Shown here piece by piece: positions 12,722 through 25,936 of a stretch of 64,000 nt of DNA (within the stretch, counting starts at the first letter, position 1; each line of letters begins with the position of its first letter). The notes under the pieces were generated by a model. The model did no database searches. It was given only the letters and a program-made list of their open reading frames with translations, and had not been told where the DNA came from. The stretch lies in contig CDPCPM010000247.1 in assembly GCA_976551045.1 (NCBI GenBank), positions 620,001 to 684,000 on the forward strand, written 5' to 3'. A program made the translations under genes and the position numbers. The stretch is from Glaucostegus cemiculus (Eukaryota).

Positions 12722-14659
12722 CTGTAAGAAACAAATCCAGGCCAGCAGGACAAAGAGAAAGAAGTAAACCTTGTTAGGGGCATGATGAAAATTCATTTCA
12801 TAGATACACACCATTATGTTTCATTGATCTCTGCGACTTCACCCATACCAACATCCTCACGTTCATGGATATCACTGCATAGTTGACAAGAAATATATTT
12901 CTTTCCTGTCCTCAACTACCTTTGCCTTCATGTTGCTGCAATGGAACTACAGGAAGAAGGGCATAAACTAAAACTGAGCGGGTCTTGCCCTTTTGGGATT
13001 AAGACAAAGTGAAAGCTCCCAAGTTACTTCTGCTTTACAGATATCCCTCTAAATCTTTCCTATCCACTACCTGTTGCCTGTATTGCACTGTTGATCTCGC
13101 TATAATGTTTCTAATTCAAGCAACAGTTAAAAAGTTATCTGCTCATTTTCACATTGCCATACATGGAATCCATTATGTAAATACACGTCTTTTTCTTCTC
13201 TATTTAAAGAGATGCAATGTATATATTGTCACATTGGGAATTAATGAAATCTTAATCACAGGGCAACATGAAAGATGACTTATCCACCTATTAGGTTTTG
13301 AGATGGAACAGTTTGATAATACGAATTGAAGAAAATAAAGGGAAAGTAGTTAATGTGTCATCTTGCCAGCCTTCATCAATACCTTTTCCCCCACCTCCAG
13401 GAAGCAAGACAAGTATGAACCAAGGTGAGGGCCATACTTGTAACAAGCATGTAACCGCTGGGCATGTTCTTTCACTGCATTATCAGTTCAGTCAACCGTA
13501 AGTTGAGTTTGTTGAGATTCTCTTACAGAATTATTATTTTTATTTCACAGATGGCCAGTTGTGGAAAAGTGAAATGTGTAATTTCTTGGAATCATGGATA
13601 AGATTCAGTTCATCCAATGACAGAGATCTCTACACCCCCTGACTGGGCAATAATTCAATGACTCACCTGTTATCCACAGCAGATTTTGCTCTGGTTCACT
13701 GAGAATACAAGAACAACTGCTATGCGTCAATGTTCCTGCTTTGGAAATTAATAACTGCTGTAAGACCAGGGGTTTAACACACACTTTTAAACAACTCAGG
13801 TCCTCTCAGTGAAGGGTTACAATCTTTACATCAAATTTGAGGATGCATTGTGTTTTATTTTAGTATTCCTTCTTTTAAATAGCTAGCTAAGTGAGGTGGC
13901 TGAGTAAATTCTCCATTTGGCACAAGTTGGTACTCCAAAGAAATAAATTCCCTAATATCACAATTAAGATCTATATCAGGTACAGTATGTAATCAGGCCA
14001 TTTAGATGCCAACATGGACATCTAGTATTGAAAATTAAATGCATGACTAAGGTGTTACTTTATATTGGCATTTAGCAAAGTTATGTTAAACCTGAATGTT
14101 GCCAAGATGTTGGACAAGACAAAAATAGATAAAGGGATATTAGATCGTTTGGCCATACCTATGATGCCTCTTAGGTTGTTGGGAAAAATAAGAATAGAAA
14201 TTGTGGAAGTCCTGGACTTGTTTTTAGATACAGACACTGGAGGACAGTATTATAAATGTAATACTGATGATGGGGAAGCTTTTATAAATAGTTATCCACA
14301 AGAAAATAACCATTTCAACAAGTATGGACTAAAAAAGGGAAGCCAGCACACTTATATTAAGAGTACATCATGTTTGAATGAGTTTTTTTAATGAGATAAT
14401 TGAGGGAGTAGATAGTTTTTAATCATTTTTCAGGATTGGGATCAGTAGCAAGCCCCACAGTTATTATTTGTCCCCAACCCTAAAAGATCAGGAGATTATG
14501 CTAAATATACACTGGTACCTCGCTTGGTACTCAGGATGCATTCAGAGAAATGACAGAGCTAATGGAACCAGCAAAAAGGGTTCATTATAGTGTTTTATAG
14601 ATTGAGAAAGCTGTGTTACTGATGACACTGCTATGCTGGGAACCTAGCACGAGTCCCGG

Positions 14660-14785
14660 CCCTGAGGCAGGTTTCGACCTGAAACATCGATAATTTCTTT
14701 TCCCCTTACAGATGCTGCTCGACCTGCTGAGCTTTTCCAGCAGACCGTTGCTCCAGATTCCAGTACCTGCAGTCTCATGTTTCCT
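14660..14785 (+). mobile_element. Penelope-like-derived short repeat
   Basis: ctgaggcaggtttcgacctgaaacatcga...cagatgctgctcgacctgctgagcttttccagc...ctccagattccagtacctgcagtctc. Confidence 0.55.
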
Positions 14786-16739
14786 GTCCTCTCTTTTGTT
14801 GCATGCTGCTGTTCTGGGAACCTGACCTGAATCCCTGCCCTCCACTAGCACTCTGACCGCAATGAATTTTCCATAGCTCAGCATGGAGAGACTGCCTTCA
14901 CGGGCGGTGTTGCATGCGCCAGACAAGCAGCACTGAAGCTCACTGCTGTGGGGTTCTGGTTTGTTCCCTAACTGATGGGGCAAGTGCAGGCCATTCCTGG
15001 GGGTGGCAGTGACTGATCCACGTGCTGACTGACTGCCCAGGTCAAAGTCAAGTCGAGTTTATTGTCAAGTCAGAGTCGATCACATCCTCTTGGTGGTGAC
15101 AAAGCTGTTTACTCCCCAGTTCTACGGTAATAAACTCAATGGCCAGTGACCACCACTGAGCTTGTTACCATAGAGAAACCTCCAGGCTGGGGAGAGAGCT
15201 CTGGATCCAAACAGAGGGAGGAGGAGACAGCAGCTTCCATCCCCTCCAACGGAAGTTAATGGGAGAGACAGTGGGACCTGTGCAGTCTGTCAACTCAGTG
15301 GGTGCTGCTAGTCCATGAGCCCCACAGTGCAGTGATGAGCGACCACAAGCGCCCTCATCACAGCATTCCCACCATCTCAGGCAGCCTCTCCACACCGAGC
15401 CATGGGAAAAGTTTTGCTGCAGCAGCTCCAGTAGAGGGTAGGGGCTCATGCCCTGTTTGTGTCTTTGGATGCCTTTTTTAAAGAACAGGGTGCACATAAC
15501 TGTGATTAGGGTTATGTCCAGCAGGTACCAATGTATATAAAACACTAGCCATCCCAGACTGTCTTTCAACCATTCCTGAACAGTAGTCTTGTGGCCAGCC
15601 CAGCAAAGGCAAGAGCTTCTCTGAGGTTATTGTGTGGGAGCAGCCCTCCAGTAGCCACCAAGGAACACGGACACAGTGATCTAACATCAAAACCCTCATA
15701 ATGAAATGGGTTTGGCTATTAAAGTTCAGACCCAAATGCAATAATTTTCAGTTTTTATTGTTAATAAGTGACCCTATACACACTTGTACATTCAAATTTG
15801 TTCTCATTTAGGGCAAATCACAACTTTCACTGTGCTGAAATAGAGTCACAGTCATACAGCAAGGATCATGCCCCTTACCTTGCACTGACCATCAAGCACT
15901 CATTTACACTAATCCTACACTAGTCCCAGATGAGTGTTACTGGTGTGGCAGCTGCTGCCATAGCTGTAGACTGTCATACCTCCCTGAAAAGATTGCTGAT
16001 GCGTAATTTGCACATAAAAAAGGTGCTCATCCTTCCAACTTGCTGCCTATTTTTTTTCATTTATATAACTTGTATTCACACCAGTTCCTAGCCCAGTTCA
16101 CTCATTACAATAATTTATGCTATCTGGTCCATCATGCAGGTTAGTTTAACAAAACTGTGGATTTGTTTCTATTTGATGTACAGATGTGCCAACTTCGTAC
16201 TTTATATCTAGTCCAATGACTGTCTCTTGGTGAAAGCATACATCCTCAGGTTGAAGGGAATCATTTATCTTCAGTCCCTTTTCACTTATTTAGTACCTGC
16301 AATATACTTTGGCTTTTAATATTTCAAGTATTATCAATAATATCACTTATTTCTGCCATCCTCTATCAATGGAGTATTCTCGTTTTCTACTTTAGCCTCA
16401 TCTTCTTCAACTTCCATCTTTATCTTTAACATTCTGTCAAATTACTCCTATTTTGGATATGAGTAGAACCAAGAGCAGGATGTGGTCCCCATGAATAAGA
16501 TCATGGTTGAACTTACATCAACCATGCTTTACTACTATGCCCATAATCTTTGATTTCCATAATGTCCCAACATACCAGTCTTAAACATACTTATCAGCTG
16601 AGTATCCATGGCCCTAAGTATAGAGAATTCTGGAGATCCATAACATTCCGCAATTCCAGTGCACCTATTAGGGCACACCAGAATGATGCAGAAGTGATGG
16701 CGACCAAGGATTAAAGTGAGTAATGCATTTCTATTTAGC

Positions 16740-17325
16740 TTATAAATAGATGTGCTTTATTGGTTCCTGGTTTCAATTGCACAGATATTGGTAAGGCCAT
16801 GCCACAAATACTGTGCACAGGTTTGGTCTCTCGTTTAATTGTAAGCAATCCAGAAGAGATTCACTCGGCTAATTCCTGGGACAAGAGAACTATCCTGTGG
16901 TGACCAGTCAAAAAAGTTACATCTGTATTGCTTAGTGTTTAGAAGAAGGAGGGGCGTTCTTATTGAAATATATAAGATTCTAAAGGGGCATGACAAGATA
17001 AACATTAAGATTCCCAATGGTGAGAGTCTCAAATGACAGGACCTACTTACAAGATAAGGGGGCAGTCATTTAAAATAGAGGACTGTAGGAATTTCTTCTC
17101 ACAGAATCTCAAAGATTTTCAACCCAGGAGGGTTGTGGGGACTTGTTCACTTTAAAGTGGAGATAGATACATTTTTGGAAGATTGGGGAATTGAGGGCTA
17201 CATGAAACAGGCACAGAAGAGGAATCGAGTACTGGGACAGATTAGCCATGATAACATTGAATGGCAGGACAAAGTTGGGGGGTCCAGTGGCCTAATCCTG
17301 CTCCTATATTCTTGTGTTCTTGTGT
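16740..17325 (+). mobile_element. Degenerate CR1 LINE 3' fragment
   Basis: ttggtaaggccatgccacaaatactgtgcacag (LVRPH..YC.Q-like) through ttgaatggc...cctaatcctgctcctatattcttgtgttcttgtgt, a CR1-type tail. Confidence 0.6.
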
Positions 17326-17379
17326 TGAGTAGCTGGGGTGAACAGTGTCCAAGGCTGCTTTTGCTTTGATACCACTTAC

Positions 17380-17442
17380 CTTACCCATACCTGCATGAGC
17401 GTGGCCCATCTTTACAACCACAGGGAATTTGGGAATTGTGAG
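17380..17442 (-). CDS. SYN3: Synapsin III coding exon (63 nt) immediately following the TIMP-hosting intron
   Basis: tttctgtttcag|CTC ACA ATT CCC AAA TTC CCT GTG GTT GTA AAG ATG GGC CAC GCT CAT GCA GGT ATG GGT AAG|gtaagt. Translates LTIPKFPVVVKMGHAHAGMGK; HAHAGMGK is SYN3-type. Confidence 0.95.
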
Positions 17443-17629
17443 CTGAAACAGAAAAACAGCACATCATTTAGAACCTCATGACCTGCTTTTATCTTCATTT
17501 TATTTCCTGTTTCTTCTCATTTTACACTTCTAAGTCTTATGCAGTAGATCATCCCTAGTTACTATGATTTCTTTGTGGGAAATTTCATGAATTAAATCTT
17601 TGCAGTCAAACTGCATAGCGTAATTATAG

Positions 17630-17800
17630 AGACACAAGAGATTCTGCAGATGCTGGAATCTGGAGCAATGCACACAAAATACAAGGAACACAGCAGGCCA
17701 AGCAACTTCTATGGAGAGAAATAAACGATGACTATTTATTTCCCTCCATACAAAGATGCTGCCTGACCTGCTGAGTTCCTCCAGCATTTTGTGTGTGTTG
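17630..17800. mobile_element. Penelope-like fold-back (inverted pair) element
   Basis: Arm ~17666-17725 (cacacaaaatacaaggaacacagcaggcca...ggagagaaataaa) is an imperfect reverse complement of ~17735-17800 (tttatttccctcc...tgacctgctgagttcctccagcattttgtgtg). Confidence 0.6.
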
Positions 17801-19424
17801 TACCATAATTATACCCCATGTTTTAGTCTGGTATCTTGTTGGGAGCTTCCTTTTTTATTCATGTTTCAGAGTCTGGCCATCGCTGGCAAGACTAGCATTT
17901 ATTACTTATCCCTGACAATTCTTGAGAAGGTGGCAATAAGCTACCTCCTTGAACTGCTGCAGTCCTTCAGATGAAGGTACTGTCACAGTGCTGTTGAGGA
18001 GGGAATTCCAGGGTTTAAATCCAGTGACAATGAAGAAACAGCAATATATTTCCAAGGGTGGCATGTGACTTAGTGTTCCCATGCACCAAAAGCCTTCTTG
18101 GTAGCAGAGGTTGTGGGTTTGGGAGTTACTATTAGAGTTGCCTGGGCAAGTAACTTCAGTGCCTTTTGTAACCGGTACATACAGCAGCCACTATGCACCA
18201 ATGACAGGGAGAATAAATATTCAGTGCAGAGGACAGGGTACCAATAGGTTTTTTTGTCCTGAATGGTGATGAGCTTCAAGTGTTACTGAAGCTGCACACA
18301 TCCAGGCCAGTGGAGAGTATTCCATCACGGTATTCTCTCAGTCTTGACCCAAAATGTTGACTATCTCTGTCTCCGCAGATGCTGCTTGACCTGCTGACTC
18401 CTCCAGCTGTTTGTTTTCTGCTCCAGATTCCAGCATCTGCAGTTTCTTATGTCTCAGTATTCCATTACAACCCTGATTTACCTTGTAGATGGCAAAAAGG
18501 CTTTGGGGTGTCAGGAGGTAAATCACTCACCTCAGGATACCCAGCTTCTGAGTTGCTCTCATCTTTATGTGACTGGTCCAATTGAGTTTCTGATTATGGT
18601 GATCCCACCCACCAAGCTGTTGGTGAGTGATTCAAAATGATAATGCCATTAGATATTACGAATAGGTCATCAGACCCTCTGTTGGAGATGGTTATGGTCT
18701 GGCATTTTTATGGTACAAATGTTATTTGACACTTAGCTGCCTGTGCCTAGATGTGGTTTAGACTTGCTGATGAGTTGCAAATGAAATTGAATATTGTACA
18801 ACCATCAGTGAGAATCTCCACTTCTAACCATATGATGATAATACAGTCTTAGCGTCAAAACATAGCTAAAAGTCTTCCTGTAAAACGTCGTGTATTTATG
18901 CGATGGCAGCCTTGGAAAGCCTGAGCCTTCAGATACATTCTTCAGGTAGGATGTGGTATTTCTGCAGTCTCTCTGGGATAGACCCTTCCTGCAAGGCTTT
19001 GCATGGCCATTGATGGAGTACTGTTGGACACCCATTAAATAAGTATCTCAGCAGCCAAAACCAGGAAAGAAAAATACAGCCTGTTAGTTTAAGCATACCG
19101 TAAAGTTAGGAAAGGTCTGAGCAGCCTACTTTCAGTTCTGAAGCTGCCCTGTCAGATATCCCAATGTTAGCAGTATCCCTTTAAATAGCCATATGTGCAA
19201 TATAGTAGCACCACGTGTTCCAAGCTTTACTCTGAACAGTTAATGAAGGTCGTAAATTGGAGTTTTCACATGCAACCTATGTCAGTATGAGAGGAAATAT
19301 GCAGAGCACAACCAGTGATGTCATTAGATGTGCATTTTGCACCTAAAATTGGCTGCTAATGATTCAGATTTCTAAGCATTTCAGAAATGTAGCACCAACT
19401 GTTATGGTTAATGTACAATGTGGG

Positions 19425-19617
19425 TCCCATGGGTCAGGATTATAATGTGACTCCTTAGCGCAGTCAGTGATTCCACAGGACAGTAGATGATGTGACCCTT
19501 CTCAGGATAGTCATGATTCCATGGAACAGGATATAACATGACCCCCTCAAAGAAATCAGTGATTCAATGGGACAGGATATAATGTGACCCCTTCAGGATA
19601 GTCAGTGATTCCATTGG
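19425..19617 (+). repeat. Minisatellite, ~46-bp unit x ~4
   Basis: Unit approximately tccatgggacaggatataatgtgaccccttcaggatagtcagtgat, starting at ~19426, 19472, 19518 and 19564, with a partial copy at 19610. Confidence 0.85.
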
Positions 19618-20734
19618 CTGCAGTGTTTACAAATGTATTCTAAATCTTGAAAACTGCTGTTTATTAACTTGACCTTTCCCTTCCTACGACATCTCCTGTG
19701 TTATTAATATTCCATATTTCCATGGTGCTGGCTATGGTCTGGCCCAGGGGAAAGTGCAGTGATTCATAAGTGAAAAGATAACTCATGTTTTGTTGCCAAA
19801 TTCTCTGCTGAAGGTACTACACGACTGTTGATGCATTCTACAATTCCCTGCAACTTTCTTAAGCATGGGAGCTGAGATTCAAGGCAATGTTAAAGATAAT
19901 TTTATTTTATTCCACTCAATCTGGAACACCTTCACTTGAGAGGGTGATTTCAGCTAATACTCCCAATACCAGAGAGCACTGCTGTACAAAAGGGTAGAAA
20001 TTGCATAAAAGGTTCTAAAAATCCAATTCCTTCGGGTATCAGCGTATACCTGGACAATCATGGACAAATATGAAGTTAAAACATACAGGGAGAATCCTTT
20101 GCTTCACAATTGGATTCCACTATTTTTGGTGCACTTAAACCTGGTTACATTTAACGGTAACATGAAATTGGGGTCCCCCCTAAAGTATCATGAAGGTTCT
20201 CAATGCGCATTGTGAAATGGTGGTAGGGAGGTTTACAAGATCCACAAGGGGATGTCCATGATATTCAAGGGCACCTCACTAAATTTAGGCTAGCTCCTAA
20301 CAATTTGCAGTGAAGAGGCTGCAACCACAGAAGGGTGTCAACTTCTTCACTCCCCATACCCACCAGACAATAACAGCATTGCATGATCTCGGCCATGGAG
20401 AAGACAGAGACTGCAGGGCAGGAGGAGAGAACTCCTACACTTATCCAAAGAGAATTGCAAGTCCTGGTCAAAAGGATAGATGTCAGAAGAAAGATCCTGT
20501 ATGCTAGGTGGCAGGTTACTCTTCAGGTCCACCACAAGAAAGGCCTGGAGTAAGGTGATTAAAGAATTGCCTCTTGGAGTAAGAATCCCTGCACATCAGA
20601 CCAATGTGTATTTAGTGAGGACATTCTGGATGACTCATGCAGTGAGGCAATATGGGTTGGGCTCAGGAATTAGAACGGTGCAAAATGGTTATAATACAGG
20701 CCTCCCAATAGCCTGTGGTAGATAGAGAAAAGGA

Positions 20735-22495
20735 TATGTAGGCATATTATGGAAAGATGTGAAAGCAACATTGTTGTTGTAGAGGGTGACTAGTTTCCCC
20801 AATATTAACTGGGACTTCCTTCATGCCAGAGGCTCAGATAGGGCAGAATTTATTAGGTGCATCCAGGAAGATCTCTTGAAAACAATATGTTGATAGTCCA
20901 ACCAGGATGGTGAGATCAGGGAGGGGTATGCTGATATCCTAGGGCATGTTGATATCAAGGAGGAGGAGCAGTTGGGTCTTTTGAAGAATATTAAGGTGGA
21001 TAAGTCTCCAGAGCCTGAAGGGATTTATCCTTAGTTGTTGAGAGAGGCAAGAGAAGAGATTGCTGGGGCCTTGACAGAGATCTTCGTATCCTCTTTAACC
21101 ACACTTGAGAACACACAGGACTGGAGAATAGCCAGTGTTGTTCCTTTGGTTAGGAAGAGCAATGGAGAATTTTAGGCCAGTGAGCCTTACATCAGTCATA
21201 TGGAAAGGATTGTAGAAGATTCTTAAGGATAGAATTTACTCACATCTGGAAAAGTATGGATGTATTAGGGATAGTCAGCATTGCTTTGTTCAGAGATGGT
21301 TGGGCCTTACAAACTTGATTGAATTTTTTTGAAGAGGTGACAAAGATGATAGTTGAGAGTAGGTCAGTGGATGTTGTTTACATGGACTTTGGTAAAGTAT
21401 TCGACAAAGTCCCTCACAGTAGGCTGATCCTAAAGATTAACACACATGGGATCCATGGAGACTTGCTAGATTGGATTCAAAATGAGCTTGACCATGGAAG
21501 ACAGAATGTAGTGGAAGAGGGGTGTTATTCTGACTGGAGATCTATGACCAGCAGTGTTCCACAGGGATCAATGTTGGGACCCCTGTTGTTTGTGACATAT
21601 ATGAATGATTTTTAAAAAAGTAGGTAGGCTGATTAACAAGTTTGCAGGTGATACAGAAATTGGCAGAGTTGTGGATAGCGCAAAAGGTTGTCAAAGAATA
21701 CAGCAGGATATAGACCAGTAGGAAACATGGGCAGAGAAATGTTGAACTTTGGGAAGTGTGAAATGTTGCACTTTGGGAAGTCAAATGCAAGAGAAAAGTA
21801 TACAATCAATGGCAGGATCCTAAGGAGCACTGATGTACAAAGGGATCTTAGGGCACAAGTCCATAGCTCCCTGAAAGTGGCAACACAAGTAGATAGGGTG
21901 GTAAAGAAAGTGTATAGCATATTTGCCTTCATCAATCAGGGCAATGAATATAAAAGTCAGGAAGTCATGTTGCAGCTGTATAAAACTTTGGTTAGGCCAC
22001 ATTTGAAGTATTGTGTGCAATTCTGGCCACAGGAAGGACGTTGAGCCTTTGGCGAGGATGCAGAAGGGTTTCACCAGGATGTTGCCTGGATTAGACAGTA
22101 TTAGCTAAAAAGAGAGATTGGACAAACTTATATTATTTTCTCCCGAGCATCAGAGGCTGAGGGGCGACCTGATAGAAATACACGGATGGGTAGATAATCA
22201 AAGTCGTTTTGCTAGGGTGGATGTGTCTAGTGAGAAGGGAGAAATTTAAAGGAGATCTGAGGGGCAGGTTCAGCCAGAGGGTGGTGGTTACTTGAAATGA
22301 GCTGCCAGAGGAAGTGATAGAGATAGATAACATTACAATGTTTAAAAGGCATTTGGACAAGTACTTGGATAGGAAAGGAGTAGAGGAATATGGCCCTAAT
22401 GCAGACATATGGGATTAGAGGAGATAGGCATTGTAGTCGGCACAAACATCATGGACCCATGAGCCCGTTCTTCTGCTCTGCTGTTCTATGTTCTA
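20735..22495 (+). mobile_element. CR1-clade LINE (HER1-like), truncated, internally deleted and frameshifted
   Basis: Endonuclease remnant (GD.FPNINW-like, ~20783), RT motifs DVVYMDFGKVFDKVPH, VPQGSMLGPLLF, KFAGD and LYKTLVRPHLKYCVQFW, and 3' tail ctgttctatgttcta. Confidence 0.9.
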
Positions 22496-25400
22496 AATCT
22501 TATATCCTCACAAGGTTTGTCACAGTGATCTGTGCACCACTGCTCACAGCTGCAGAGTGGAGATTCTCAATGAATAATGCATTTTCCACTCTTAAGAAAA
22601 GCAGAGATGCTGTAACAAACCAGCTATATGCCCCTCTGCACCCACCTCCATTCAGTTAATTGTGGATGATCCTTACCTCAGTGCTACTTTCCCCATATCA
22701 AATCTCATATCATTTAATTCTCTTAATGAAAAAAAAAGCTACCACTCTGTGTCTTGAATATACTCAGAGATTGAGCCTATACAGCTCTATGGGTATGATT
22801 TTGTCACAGAGAGGAAACCTTACCCTCAATTTTTACCACTATTCAGCAGGATAGTTTCCATTACAAATCCCTTATAACTCTAGGGGGAAAGAAAGTAAGA
22901 ATGTCACAGGAGCTTAAGTCCAACTTGATCTGGAATATTCCCTCATTGTTACTTCACTTACATCCTCGAATTCTCTGCAATCCACTGCGGCTCTATACAA
23001 TTAGCGCTTCTACAATGTCATTAAGCACAAATTGAATAGGGCAAAAGTGGGTCGAGGTAAAACTCACCATTGGCACTAGGAATGATCAATAAGGGGTGGC
23101 CATGTTAGCGTAGCCCACATTTCTTCATTTAAGAAACAGACCTTGGCCAGATTTTGCAATGACAAGGGGAATTGGCCATTTATTATTTTTGTACCAGTCC
23201 ACAGACCTTCTCTGGGCTTTTGCATCAGAACTTGAAATGATAGAAAATTCCAAGAAGAGTGACACCTGACACTGCAGATTTGTATAATTTACATGCTGTT
23301 TATAATTGGGTTGTGTCTGTTCTATCCACATGATTTGGGCTCTGTGATTAAGACAAAAGCCCCTTCTTCATACTATGAACAGAATCAGCAACTAGGTAAC
23401 TCTTTAGCCAAACATATTTAAGAGTCCTTAATCAGTCACACAGTCTGAACAAAGGGAAAATTAGTGTAGTTAATTTGAAGATAAATAATAAATGAGGTAA
23501 AGGATTATGAGAAGGAGTGATAAAAAAGAGGAAGAGACAAAAGAGACAGAAAGGAAACACAAAATAATTCTGATTTTTAAAAAAATCTCCAATAGTAGAA
23601 GGACAGGGACACCACACAGTAAAAGTGCCAATGAGGTTACTTGGCAAAAAAGACCAATCATATCATTAAAATTTCACACTGAATTGTAAGTCTCTCAGAG
23701 GTGTCTGAAATGTTAAATCCACTTACATTTTACATTTCTTTCAATGACTAAGGGGAAAGATACTTTTGCTGTCTCGTTCATCAATACACATATTTCTGAA
23801 AGGAATGTTAACAAGTGAAAGACTGGCAAGATCCTTTCTCTTCAATGCTGGTTTGCTGGTCTCAGTAAATTAAACTGATCTCAAGATAGGGGTTTCTTTG
23901 GTTAACAGTCTATGATGCCTGTCTGAATCACCCAGGCCCCAAATTTTGTGGATGTAGCAGACACAATCTAACTCCCTGTTCTGTTGCCATAAACGGAATG
24001 TAAATTAAACAAGAAGGCAGCCCTGGGACAGGGAGAACAGATGTTGCATGCTGTAATCTCTTTGATGTTTACTGTTAAGTCACATCAGAACACAGCTTAC
24101 CGAATTCTCTATAAACATTTTTTTATGCAGAGCCATCAGATAACAAAAGTCAAAGGAAATAAAGACATTCTTTTCCAGGAATATCTACAAAGATAGCTTT
24201 CCTCCTTGTAATGTCTGTATGCCCACTGTCTGTCTACAGTGTATTTGTTGTTCCACTGACGAAACCAACCGACTTCATCACTAGCATATGTCCATCATCA
24301 GTTCAGCTTTTGTCTGAATACAGTCAACCTACAGACATTAGACTGCTTAAATATTTTGTGACGATGAATTCTTCAATAAGTCTTAATTATTACATCAGAT
24401 ATTGCTCATATGAGTCTCTTAGTCATCTCACTGTTACCAGTTATTTTTACGAGAATTCCTCTCCCACTGTAATTTCTGTGGAAAATCAGTGGGAATAGCT
24501 TCTCTGTGGTTTTTACAATCCTCTACTAAAGTTACAGCAGAGCTGTAGTAAGTTGTGTAAGGATGGTATTAGTACATGTCTTAGTTCTGATGAGGTTCAT
24601 CGATTCAAAATATTAACTGTTTCTCTTTCCACTGATGCTGCCTGACCTGCTGAGTATCCTCAGCATTTTCATTTTAGATTTCAAGTGTCTGCAGTTTTCA
24701 CTTTTCTATGTTTTAGGAATACTATGTGGAGGCATCAGGGAAAGAGAAAAACTGCTCATTCAAGCAGCTCAACATATCACATCAGGAAAAAAGCCACATA
24801 AAATCATTCTTTAAATTGTAGATTTCATGCTTACCAGCATGAAGGAATAAAGTATTATTTATAGTGTACAAGCAACTCTCCTAAGTCATACATAACACAT
24901 TTAAACACAATCTTATTGCAGCATTACCTCTCCTGAGATGGAATTTCTTTTTTTTTCAAATAATCCAAAGGTCAGTACTTGTCAAATCCTAACAGCACTG
25001 AAATGGTACTTTTTACAGAGCTGCTGACACTCTCCATTGAGATTTGTTCAGCTGTAGGTTATACATTTGCTATATTTATTCAAGGTTAAAGGACAGCACA
25101 TGGGTATGAAGACTTTGCAGAAAGGAAATCCCAGGTAACACAATATTCTAAAGGAAAGGCCTCAATTAGTCAGCTTATTTCTGCCAATACCTTCACAAAC
25201 ATCTGCCTATCATGGTGCAAGTTCATAAAGAGCAGCCTGCATTTATTTAGCCCCTGTAATGGAGTATAATGTCCTAAATTAGGATGCTGTCTAACAAGAA
25301 TTGACACTGAGCCAAAACAGGAGATGGAAGAGAAACATATGCACTATAGGTGCTGAATACACTTGTATCTTATCCAAACACAAAACTCTGTCAAACCGAA

Positions 25401-25671
25401 TTCATGATGAATAGAAATCCAGTGCATGTTGCCCCTTCCTTTTTATCTTGAATGAGTTTCCTGGTCAAATGATGCACTTTGCTTTTCCTTGCTTGTTCTT
25501 TCACATTTTACAGAGCATTTTTAATATCCAGTGCCTATGAATATTTTCACTCTAACTTGCCAAGTAGCCCAGCGGAGCAATGGACTTCATTTCCATTCTA
25601 TTTTTCTAAACCATTCCTCAATTCCAACATAGGAGTAATGGATATTTTATACTCTTATTTAGTATTCAGTT

Positions 25672-25912
25672 ACGATGGCACAGAAGGCCATTCAGCCCAC
25701 TGCATCTATGCTGGCTCCCAGCAGAGCATCCTATCAGTCCACTACCCCTCTTATTTCCCTATAGTCCTGTCTCTCCTGTGCCCACTAATCCCCCTTTTAC
25801 TACAGAAGGTGAAAACTCCACACAGACAGCATGTGAGGTCATTATTGATGCTGGATGGCCAGAGCTGTGAGGCAGCAGCATTTACTGCTGCACCACCATG
25901 CCGTCCAATACC
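25672..25912 (-). mobile_element. Degenerate SINE (tRNA head + CR1-like tail), reverse orientation
   Basis: gaaggccattcagccca (reverse CR1-type tail) through tttactgctgcaccaccatgcc (reverse of the SINE head ggcatggtggtgcagc). Confidence 0.5.
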
Positions 25913-25936
25913 AAAGACATGTTCAAGAAGACATGT

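Noticed and set aside
758-17442. Calling the gene pair SYN2/TIMP4 or SYN1/TIMP1
   Set aside because: Diagnostic motifs (KANTG, QVAMTER, HAHAG, domain J; [13 protein letters not shown]) point to SYN3/TIMP3.
19425-19617. CRISPR-like array
   Set aside because: Eukaryotic context and contiguous diverged units without unique spacers.
25479-25936. N-terminal ~150 aa of the 492-aa ORF as part of a real protein or domesticated RT gene
   Set aside because: It begins at a non-ATG codon and runs through AT-rich flank and a reversed SINE. RT homology starts only at ~25937, so this is a chance open frame fused to a truncated LINE.
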